Source: an uncultured virus (IMG/VR IMGVR_UViG_3300043773_000315) | Lineage: Duplodnaviria > Heunggongvirae > Uroviricota > Caudoviricetes | Direction: 5' to 3' (one strand) | IMG/VR virus record: IMGVR_UViG_3300043773_000315 | Length of the DNA: 58,093 nt | Shown here: positions 38,552-46,599 of the stretch, piece by piece | Layout of the letters: each line of letters begins with the position of its first letter | Position numbering within the stretch: position 1 is the first letter of the stretch | Position numbers and translations under genes: made by a program | The notes under the pieces: generated by a model | Told to the model about the DNA's origin: nothing | What the model saw: the letters and a program-made list of their open reading frames with translations, nothing else | The model's database searches: none

Positions 38552-39957
38552 AAAGTTCTGGTACTGATTGTGCTTGTGGTAGGCGCAACTCTAGTTCCTT
38601 CATATGAAACAGTACCGACATACGTTATTGGGCCAGAATAGTTGCTACCATCAAACGAAGTAAACGCCGTTGTAAAACCTATTGGACCTAGATATGTTGT
38701 ATTGAAATTAATAGCGTCTACGTTAGTAAAAGATATTGCATTTTCGTTAGTATAAGATATTGCATTTTCGTTAATGTAATCTGCCGGACCCAAATAATTC
38801 GCTGGACCCAAATAAGTTGCTTGATAATTACCAAAATAAGGATTAGTAAATGGAAAAGTGTATGTTCTATCACCTGAGTATGGAATAGAACCGCCTTGAG
38901 GAGTTGGAAAAGGTCCGACTTGTCCAAAAGGAAAAGGACCGCCGGCATAATTACCGCCTTCATAGTCGGCAACATAATTATTTTGATATGATAGATTGAA
39001 ACTTGTTGCATTAGAATCAGTATAAGTCGTTACATCAGCATTATTATAAGTACTGGGTCCAAGATACGTAGTTGGTCCAAGATATGAGGCTGGTCCGGAA
39101 TAAGTTGTAACATATGTAGCTACATCATCGCCTATATAATTTCTAGTACCAACATATGTTGAGGTATAGGCAATTGCATCCTCATTAACATAAGAGTCTG
39201 TTCCAGTAAAGTTAGACGTTGTAATATCTTCTCTAGTATCAACAACAGTGCCTACATTTGTCCATGTACCTGTTGCAGGAGCAGATGCTTGTAGAGCATA
39301 TGTGCCAATGCCTGTTGCAACGATGCGCTCTTCAATCGTTTTTATAAGTGCATTGATTTCAGCGGTAGAAAAACTTTGTATATTACCGGAAGATAGTTTG
39401 ACAGGATCTCTGTTGGTAATACTTGCGCCAGATGTTGTCCTTTGCCATAACTTGTAATCTGTTACTGTAACGGTAAGATTTGTCTTAGTATCAAGAAGTG
39501 TGCCGCGAGATACCCATGTGGCACCGTCTGCTGGAGCAGAAGTTGCTAGGTAATATGCATTTGTTCCGCCAGTACTGGCCACCATTCTTGCAATAATTTC
39601 ATCGGCCAGCTGTTCTTTTGTCGTAAGATTTTCTTGAAGAACAGTTTGTGTAGGACTTGTTGTATCTAGTCCAACATACATTGGCGGATCACTAGTTGCG
39701 CCTAGTGTGGCTGTTGCAACTTGTGAAAGTGTATAGGTGTTTGTTACTGTTGTTGTATTTGTTCCGCCCGCAGTATCGACTAGTGCAGTATCCGCAAATG
39801 TACCAATAGATGCTGTAGTGCCTACTGTAATTGTACCTGTATACGTGCCTGCCGCCATGACACGAAGAACGCGCTCGGCCAGATCGTCCAGTTGTGCGTT
39901 GGAAAACTTTTGTATCGTATTTGTTGATGAGTCAAAATAAACTAAATTATGCGCCAT
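38533..39957 (-). CDS. Virion fibre/needle-like protein with Tyr/Phe-spaced repeats
   Basis: Thr/Ala-rich, internally duplicated N-terminal region; YLGPxx and YxNExAIx repeats; follows the fibre genes. Confidence 0.7.
   Translation of the reverse strand: MAHNLVYFDSSTNTIQKFSNAQLDDLAERVLRVMAAGTYTGTITVGTTASIGTFADTALVDTAGGTNTTTVTNTYTLSQVATATLGATSDPPMYVGLDTTSPTQTVLQENLTTKEQLADEIIARMVASTGGTNAYYLATSAPADGATWVSRGTLLDTKTNLTVTVTDYKLWQRTTSGASITNRDPVKLSSGNIQSFSTAEINALIKTIEERIVATGIGTYALQASAPATGTWTNVGTVVDTREDITTSNFTGTDSYVNEDAIAYTSTYVGTRNYIGDDVATYVTTYSGPASYLGPTTYLGPSTYNNADVTTYTDSNATSFNLSYQNNYVADYEGGNYAGGPFPFGQVGPFPTPQGGSIPYSGDRTYTFPFTNPYFGNYQATYLGPANYLGPADYINENAISYTNENAISFTNVDAINFNTTYLGPIGFTTAFTSFDGSNYSGPITYVGTVSYEGTRVAPTTSTISTRTLWRRIA
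38731..38778. repeat. 24-bp tandem repeat encoding YxNENAIS
   Basis: agatattgcattttcgttagtata / agatattgcattttcgttaatgta. Confidence 0.85.
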
Positions 39958-39987
39958 TTTCCATTTACTTTAATCTATGTTTCATAT

Positions 39988-42444
39988 TTAGTTGCCCCAC
40001 ACGACTGTTCCTGTAGAGTCCTTAATCAATAGCTGTCTGTTTGAACTATCGTAAAGACCAGCAGACTTAACCATGCTACTAGTGTTAAGACCGCCTGTAA
40101 TCCACATACCTGTAGAATTTACTCTTGCTCTTTGTGTTGCACCTGTAAAGATCGATAAGTTTGCATCAGCAGGTACAACTGCATTTAGATTTTGTTCTGT
40201 TACACTAAATCCAAAAGTTGTACTCCACAGAGCGATATGATTCATCACATTGGTTGATGCGGAAGAAAGTCTAGAACCAAACGAGATTCCACCTGCGGTA
40301 AAGTCGAGATTGCCTGAGTATGTGGCTCTTGTCGTTACGTTTGCTAGTGCGTTATTAGCAGAATCTCTAGCTGTGTTAGCCTGTTCAAAAGAAGATTCAA
40401 TTGTTGGCTTAACATTCATATCGTTGAGAAGTAAAGCCGAAGAAACGTTAGCAACACCCTTCACATCAAGAATATAACCAGGACTTGTTGTGCCTACACC
40501 AACTTTGCCGTCAGATTGAATAGTTAAAGCTTCAACCGCAGATGTCAAGAAGTGATATGCTATAACGCTACCAAACTTATTCTCAAAGTAAGTATCGCCT
40601 ACACTGTTATCATAACGAATGCTAAATCCTTCGTTCGTGATTTCGCCTGCTTCGCCAGTGAAACGTAGAGTCGGATCGTATCCGTTGTCAGCCGTAATCC
40701 AAAGTTCGGAATTTCCAGATGTATTATAGACCTGTAGTTTAGCACCAACGTTGGGTGTAGCAATACCAATACCAACATTACCTGTTGGAAAATTTAGATT
40801 ACCGTTGAATGATATTCCAGATGTATTAGGTAAAGCATTTGTTGCTGTACTATTAGCATCGTTTGCAGTATTAAATGCTTGACCAATTGTTACAATGGCA
40901 TTTGCACCACCAAGAATCAGATTGCTTGTCTTTATATCGGCATTCAGCACCGCCAATGTCATATTGTTTGACAAAGCACCAATGTGATTGTTTATAGGTT
41001 CTTTATCATATCCTTGAAACAGATAATATTCTTTATCTGTATGTTCACGATAAAGTCCAGTATGAACATTTGAACCTGTCGCATTAACATAGTTTGCGAT
41101 GAATCCAATGTCAACAATATCGGAAGTGTAATTATTTGCCGCAAGATATAGTAGTGGGTCATCTACTTCTAATCTTGTTGCATCAATAGAAAATGTATTG
41201 CCGGAAAGAGTTAGATTGCCAACAATATCAAGATCACTTGTTATTGTTTGACTTGAAGCAGACAACTTGACATAAGTGAAATCTGAGTATGTATTTACAG
41301 CATTTGATGATAAGAAAGCAGCATTGGCGTGAGCGTAAGCGATATTTGCCTGACCAAACGATGCATTTGCATGAGCATACGCAATATTAGCTTGATTAAA
41401 TGCTGGACTGAAATCCGTTACTGCATTGTTAGCAGCCAAAAAAGCCGCATTGGCATGTGTTCTGGCAGCATTGGCTTGTGTAAATGCACCTGTTACATCA
41501 CTTGCAATACCGTAATATGATCCATGCTGACCATCAAGTAAGTCTGCATCTAGTCCTGTTCCAGTGCCGTGGTTACCTGCGTGCCATACAGTATTTCCAT
41601 CATACGTAAGCGGACCTGTTCCTGCACGACCAAGAGTTTTTGTATCATCAATACCAAAATTGATATACGCAATAGATGCGTTTTGTTGACCTTTGATACG
41701 TAAAGAGTTTGCAACGTTAAAATCGCCAATCCAAACGTCATCACCAATTTTAAAGTTTTCACCATTTCCATTATTTGTTGAGATGATTTTATCTGCTACA
41801 AGATTTTGACTTGCAGTAAGTGTGCCATCAAACCATGAACCCGACACATTTGGAAGTGCTGCATTTGCTTTATCAAATGCTTGACCCGCTGTTGCTCTGG
41901 CAACTGTATCTGTGGCTGATGCTGCCGCCAAAAGGTCTGTGCCTACACCTGCTGATGTTGATGCTAGATTGATAAATGCGCCTCTTGCATCTCCGCCAGA
42001 CACAAAAAATCTTAGTTGATTTTGATAGATGTCGATGTTTACGGGACCAGCAAGAAGAGAGTTTGTGACTGCATTAGCAAGTCTTATTTCACCGCCTTCG
42101 TCACCACTAGATGCTGTTACCGAAAGAAGACCAGAAATTGCCACATCATCTGTAAGACGGACTGTTAGTTTATCGTTGATTGCATCACCAACAATATCAA
42201 TATTTTTTCCAGCAGCAATAGTAAAAATATCGCCAGGTGTATCAGCAACGACCAGTGTGTTATTGGCATTTACTGTGCCGAAATAGTTTGGTTCATTTCC
42301 GCTAATTGATGCAATTGTTCCATTGGCTGCTTTGTAGTAAAGTTTGCCATCAGCATAGTTGATGGCCAACTCGCCGTTAGCTAAGTCTACAGGAACAGAT
42401 GAAGGTGTTGCTGATTTTTTAAGTGCAATTACTGTGTTGGCCAT
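39988..42444 (-). CDS. Tail fibre-like structural protein
   Basis: N-terminal LANGELAINYADGKLYYK, VWHAGN..G.GLDADLLDG, GNVGIG/GKVGVGTTSP repeats, A/N heptads. Confidence 0.85.
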   Translation of the reverse strand: MANTVIALKKSATPSSVPVDLANGELAINYADGKLYYKAANGTIASISGNEPNYFGTVNANNTLVVADTPGDIFTIAAGKNIDIVGDAINDKLTVRLTDDVAISGLLSVTASSGDEGGEIRLANAVTNSLLAGPVNIDIYQNQLRFFVSGGDARGAFINLASTSAGVGTDLLAAASATDTVARATAGQAFDKANAALPNVSGSWFDGTLTASQNLVADKIISTNNGNGENFKIGDDVWIGDFNVANSLRIKGQQNASIAYINFGIDDTKTLGRAGTGPLTYDGNTVWHAGNHGTGTGLDADLLDGQHGSYYGIASDVTGAFTQANAARTHANAAFLAANNAVTDFSPAFNQANIAYAHANASFGQANIAYAHANAAFLSSNAVNTYSDFTYVKLSASSQTITSDLDIVGNLTLSGNTFSIDATRLEVDDPLLYLAANNYTSDIVDIGFIANYVNATGSNVHTGLYREHTDKEYYLFQGYDKEPINNHIGALSNNMTLAVLNADIKTSNLILGGANAIVTIGQAFNTANDANSTATNALPNTSGISFNGNLNFPTGNVGIGIATPNVGAKLQVYNTSGNSELWITADNGYDPTLRFTGEAGEITNEGFSIRYDNSVGDTYFENKFGSVIAYHFLTSAVEALTIQSDGKVGVGTTSPGYILDVKGVANVSSALLLNDMNVKPTIESSFEQANTARDSANNALANVTTRATYSGNLDFTAGGISFGSRLSSASTNVMNHIALWSTTFGFSVTEQNLNAVVPADANLSIFTGATQRARVNSTGMWITGGLNTSSMVKSAGLYDSSNRQLLIKDSTGTVVWGN

Positions 42445-42866
42445 TAAAAGTCATCTAACGTCTTTTCTGATTTGGTTTCGTCTTTTTTCTTGACTTTAGT
42501 ATTTATGACTTTTTTGGTGTCTTTGGTAGACTCTAGTTCTTGTTCAAGGAGAGCAATCTTTGCGTCTCTAGTTAGAATTTGCTGTTTCATATCTGCAATC
42601 TGATTCATAAGAACGTTCATATGATTCAACTTGCCCATTGCAGCAGAATAGTTAGCCTCAGCCGCTTCGTATTTTGTTTTCCAGTCTTCGGCTGTTTTGT
42701 TTTCGTTTAACTGTTTTGTGAGGTCAGCAATCACTTGATCTTTATGTCCAATTACAGACTCGGAAACTTTAACCTGAGTCTGTAATTGAAGATTTGTTTT
42801 TACATATTCTAAGAGACTGTTGATACTTACATCAATATACGTGTTAATAAAGTGGTTCTGATCCAT
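42444..42866 (-). CDS. Coiled-coil hypothetical protein
   Basis: 140 aa with heptad pattern, in the fibre cluster. Confidence 0.65.
   Translation of the reverse strand: MDQNHFINTYIDVSINSLLEYVKTNLQLQTQVKVSESVIGHKDQVIADLTKQLNENKTAEDWKTKYEAAEANYSAAMGKLNHMNVLMNQIADMKQQILTRDAKIALLEQELESTKDTKKVINTKVKKKDETKSEKTLDDF
42500..42507 (-). promoter_or_regulatory. Late promoter variant
   Basis: CATAAATA about 55 bp upstream of the 818 aa fibre gene. Confidence 0.5.
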
Positions 42867-42885
42867 TACAAATACCTTTCAATTA

Positions 42886-44493
42886 TCAGAAAGTTCCTCC
42901 ATCTAGCATTCCGAACTGAGGAACACCAGTATCAGACGCTTGTAACACTTGACCTTCTGTGCCAGCAGAGGTTACTTTGAGTGCGTTGCTTCCGTCACCA
43001 TACAGAATACCATTTGTTGTGAATGTTGTTTTTCCTGTACCGCCGTAAGCGACTGCAATGTTGCTTCCCTGCCATGTACCAGTAGAGATTGTGCCGACGC
43101 CTGTGATTCCTGTGTATGAACCAGAAATTCTTCCTGTTGGTACTGTACCTGTTGTTAAGAAGTCTGCATTAGCAGCCTGAGCAGAAGCAGAGTTTGCTTG
43201 AGCATATGCGCCGTTTGCATGTGTGAAAGCTAGGTTTGCAATCGCATGAGCAGAGTTAGCAAATGCGTATGATGCGTTTGCAATTGCCATTCCTGCGTTC
43301 GCGGCCGCGTGAGCAGTATTAGCATGAACTCTTGCAGTATTGGCCTGATTGAATGCATCGATAGACTGAATGTATGCAGGATATGCATAACTTGAGTACA
43401 CAGTATTTGCAAATGCATATGCAGCGTTAGCATGTAAAAATGCTGCATTGGCTACAATGAATGCACCATTGCCGATTGCCATTCCAGCATTAGCAGAAGC
43501 ATGAGCAGCGTTAGCGTGATTGAATGCAGCGCCAATCGTTAGAATTGCGTTGGCACCACCAAGAATTAGATTACTTGTTTTGATATCGGCATTCAATACT
43601 GCCAATGTCATATTATTTGACATTGCACCGATATGATTGTTTATTGGCTCAGCATCATAACCTTGGAATAGATAGTATTCTTTGTTTTCGTGTTCACGAT
43701 ACAAACCAGTGTGAACATTTGATCCTGTGGCATTTACATAGTTGCCGATGAAACCGATATCTACGATGTCTGATACGTAGTTATTGCCAGCCAGATAGAT
43801 AAGAGGATCTGAAACTTTAAGTGTTTCGCCGTCGATTACATAAGTGTTTCCGGAAACGGTTAGTCCGCCTACGATGGAAAGATTACCGGTGATTGTACCA
43901 CCAGCAATGGCCAACTTTGTGTTTGCGATAAGGGCAGCAGCGTTTGCTTGTTCAAAGGCAGCGTTGCTAGTAGCAAGAGCGGCGTTAGCGGATGCTTGAC
44001 CAGCAGAGGCGGATGCAAGAGCAGCGTTAGCAGTTGTATAAGCGGCGTTAGCATGAACAAATGCCAAGTTAGCAATAGAGTGTGCGGAATTAGAGAATGC
44101 ATAAGATGCATTGGCCGTTGATTGACCAGCAGAAGCGGAAGCTAGAGCGGCGTTGGCAACATCAAAGGAAGCGTTGGCGGTTGATTGACCGGCGTTAGCA
44201 GAGGCAAAAGCAGCGTTAGCATGATCTCTAGCGGTATTTGCTTGACCAAATGCACCAACAATTGCGGCACCTGAGTTGGCGGTATTATAAGCGGCGTTGG
44301 CTTGAGCAAATGCGGCGGTAATTGTGTCTAGATAATACTTACCGCCGATAGCAATGACACCAGTTCCGTCTGGTGTACCGATGAACAATGTATTGGAAGA
44401 GTAAGAGTACGCCTGTTCGCCAGAAACAAGAGAGCCATTTGGAGGAGTCGAAGTTGTCGTACTTCTCTTTATCTGAATTACTGTATTTGACAT
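42886..44493 (-). CDS. Tail fibre-like structural protein
   Basis: IQIKRS...L..GE.AYS N-terminus, long AxxxANx heptads, GTWQG..IAVAYGGTG, ends LDGGTF. Confidence 0.85.
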   Translation of the reverse strand: MSNTVIQIKRSTTTSTPPNGSLVSGEQAYSYSSNTLFIGTPDGTGVIAIGGKYYLDTITAAFAQANAAYNTANSGAAIVGAFGQANTARDHANAAFASANAGQSTANASFDVANAALASASAGQSTANASYAFSNSAHSIANLAFVHANAAYTTANAALASASAGQASANAALATSNAAFEQANAAALIANTKLAIAGGTITGNLSIVGGLTVSGNTYVIDGETLKVSDPLIYLAGNNYVSDIVDIGFIGNYVNATGSNVHTGLYREHENKEYYLFQGYDAEPINNHIGAMSNNMTLAVLNADIKTSNLILGGANAILTIGAAFNHANAAHASANAGMAIGNGAFIVANAAFLHANAAYAFANTVYSSYAYPAYIQSIDAFNQANTARVHANTAHAAANAGMAIANASYAFANSAHAIANLAFTHANGAYAQANSASAQAANADFLTTGTVPTGRISGSYTGITGVGTISTGTWQGSNIAVAYGGTGKTTFTTNGILYGDGSNALKVTSAGTEGQVLQASDTGVPQFGMLDGGTF

Positions 44494-44494
44494 T

Positions 44495-44728
44495 TTAGAA
44501 CGTTCCTCCGTCTACCGCTGGTATAGTTTTAATAACATATTTATTTAGCGTTTCATCATATACTAGCACCTCATTGTTATCGGCATCTGAGGTATCAACG
44601 TCAGTTAGTTCAGATAGTCTGTCTACTTGTGTAGAAGCAACGGCCACGGTTCTGACCGTAGACCTTTGCTGATTATTTATCGAAACTCTATTTGGAGTTG
44701 TAGACCTTAGTATTACTTTCGTGCCCAT
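44495..44728 (-). CDS. Small structural protein
   Basis: LSELTDVD......VLVYD repeat unit; ends DGGTF. Confidence 0.7.
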   Translation of the reverse strand: MGTKVILRSTTPNRVSINNQQRSTVRTVAVASTQVDRLSELTDVDTSDADNNEVLVYDETLNKYVIKTIPAVDGGTF

Positions 44729-44731
44729 TGG

Positions 44732-45070
44732 TTATCTCGTAATTTGAGGGGTTACTGTGATAATTCCTTCAAGCACTCTACTTACAATTCCATTCGTATC
44801 GACAGTTTCCAGGTCAAAAAGATAACGACCCGCTTTTATTAGAGTTGTGTTTGCCGCTGTCACGGACATGGTAATTTCGCCATTTGAACTATTAGTAATA
44901 GTACAAGTGATGTTAGCCGTCGCGTTTGCTGAATAATAAGAACGGCGCATTTGACTGCGAACTGTATAACCAAGGATATTCAAAGACGCATTGCTCAAAT
45001 CATCAGTAAGATTGATGACGTTATTGAACGATGCTCCTTGGTCCATTATAAGTTCTACATATGCTGCCAT
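44732..45070 (-). CDS. Virion structural protein, BppU-N-like Ig fold (start revised to MAAYVEL)
   Basis: DQGASF, SQMRRSY, GRYLFDLE, RVLEGIITVTP. Confidence 0.75.
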   Translation of the reverse strand: MAAYVELIMDQGASFNNVINLTDDLSNASLNILGYTVRSQMRRSYYSANATANITCTITNSSNGEITMSVTAANTTLIKAGRYLFDLETVDTNGIVSRVLEGIITVTPQITR

Positions 45071-45071
45071 A

Positions 45072-46355
45072 TTAGTTACCCCACACAACAGTTCCAGTAG
45101 AATCTTTAATCAATAGCTGTCTATCAGAACTATCATAAAGAGCGGAAGACTTTAAAGATGTTGCAACTAGAGACCCGCTAGATGGATTATACGACAGAGC
45201 CGTAGCAACATTAGCATTAGCAAGTGTTCCTGTTGTTTTATCTGTAAATATAATGTATCTTGTTGCAGATAGCGCATCTGTTTGTATAACAGTTACACCA
45301 GTATTTGCTCTTGTATATGCATCATTTGCTTGATTTCTTGCTGTGTTGGCTTGAACAAAAGAAGCCGTTACTGTTGGAACAACATTCATTGCTTGATCGG
45401 AACGTGTATTCCATACAAGCAATGAACCGGAAATATTGGCTGAACCGTTAGCGTCTAGAACTTGTCTTGGATTTGATGTATTGAAACCATGACGACCTGC
45501 GCCGTCTTGCTTATAACCAAACGAACTGTCTGTCCATGGTCCAATTACAAGATTTGCACCATCATCAGAAGTTCCTTTACTAAAGATAATAGATAAATCT
45601 CTATCTAGCATCAAGTCATTCCAAGCTCCAACGCTTGTATTAGAGTTGAACTGTATGAACTGTGAACCGCCCATAATTTCGACTTGAGGGAAAACGTTAG
45701 CTACGCCGATCCAACTGTTAACATGTAGTCTAATGCCCTGAGTGTCGCCTTCGCCTATGGACAAATTGCCTGTTGGAAATTGCATGTTTCCGGCAAAAGC
45801 GATTCCTGAAGTGTTTGCTAGTCCTGTATTGGCTTTTGTAAATGAAGCATTGGCATGATCTCTAGCAGTATTTGCTTGAATAAATGCCTGAATTGAAGAG
45901 GTTGAAGTTGCGGCATTTGCTGCGGAATATGCTGCATTAGCTTGATCTCTAGCTGTATTGGCCTGAGCGAATGCACTTGTTGTTGATGTTCCGCTGTTAG
46001 CCGCTAAGAAAGCTGCATTAGCATGATCTCTAGCTGTGTTAGCCTGTAATAGTCCTGCGTTGGCAGATGCATGTGCTGTATTAGCATGATCTCTAGCTGT
46101 ATTAGCCTGTAGCATTCCGGCATTAGCAGATGCGTGAGCAGCATTGGCATGGACTCTAGCAGTATTAGCCTGAATTATTCCAGCATTAGCTAACAATGTT
46201 GCACTATTAGCAGCATCTCTAGCTGTATTGGCTAAAGTTGGACCAAGAGCAAGAAGTTGTTGTCCATCTATATCATTGACAAAATGAATTACTTGATTTG
46301 TGAGATTGCGCCACTCATCAAATGTGTTGTTTAGTGTGACATTTGCTAGTGCCAT
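45072..46355 (-). CDS. Fibre-like structural protein with Ala/Asn heptad repeats
   Basis: NTFDEWR..TN N-terminus; QANTARDHANAA repeats; C-terminus shared with the 818 aa fibre. Confidence 0.8.
   Translation of the reverse strand: MALANVTLNNTFDEWRNLTNQVIHFVNDIDGQQLLALGPTLANTARDAANSATLLANAGIIQANTARVHANAAHASANAGMLQANTARDHANTAHASANAGLLQANTARDHANAAFLAANSGTSTTSAFAQANTARDQANAAYSAANAATSTSSIQAFIQANTARDHANASFTKANTGLANTSGIAFAGNMQFPTGNLSIGEGDTQGIRLHVNSWIGVANVFPQVEIMGGSQFIQFNSNTSVGAWNDLMLDRDLSIIFSKGTSDDGANLVIGPWTDSSFGYKQDGAGRHGFNTSNPRQVLDANGSANISGSLLVWNTRSDQAMNVVPTVTASFVQANTARNQANDAYTRANTGVTVIQTDALSATRYIIFTDKTTGTLANANVATALSYNPSSGSLVATSLKSSALYDSSDRQLLIKDSTGTVVWGN
46015..46190. repeat. About 3 copies of a 63-bp repeat (21 aa, ANAGxxQANTARxHANxAHAS)
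   Basis: Visible in both DNA and protein. Confidence 0.8.
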
Positions 46356-46356
46356 T

Positions 46357-46599
46357 TTACTTTGCCAATCCTCTTAGGAGTTCTTTTATTTCCTGCATAT
46401 CTGTTTTGACTGATTCCAAATCAGATAGCTTTTCTTTTATACTATTTATCTCAGCACTAACATCGCGCACATTGTTCATCATGGCCTTACGACTTCTATA
46501 TTCATTTGCTATGTTTCTGTCAGACAATAGAATTGCTCCATTATGCATGTCTTTTCTAAGTTCTTCGTGTTCTTTTACTTTAGCCAAATTTTCCATCAA
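46357..46599 (-). CDS. Small coiled-coil protein
   Basis: KVKEHEELRKD..NGAIL; ends EIKELLRGL. Confidence 0.75.
   Translation of the reverse strand: MMENLAKVKEHEELRKDMHNGAILLSDRNIANEYRSRKAMMNNVRDVSAEINSIKEKLSDLESVKTDMQEIKELLRGLAK
46443..46450 (-). promoter_or_regulatory. Late promoter variant
   Basis: GATAAATA upstream of the 427 aa fibre gene. Confidence 0.45.

Noticed and set aside
39988..45155. Duplicated fibre segments as a diversity-generating retroelement TR/VR pair
   Set aside because: Differences are mainly synonymous third-position changes, not adenine-specific; no reverse transcriptase in the window
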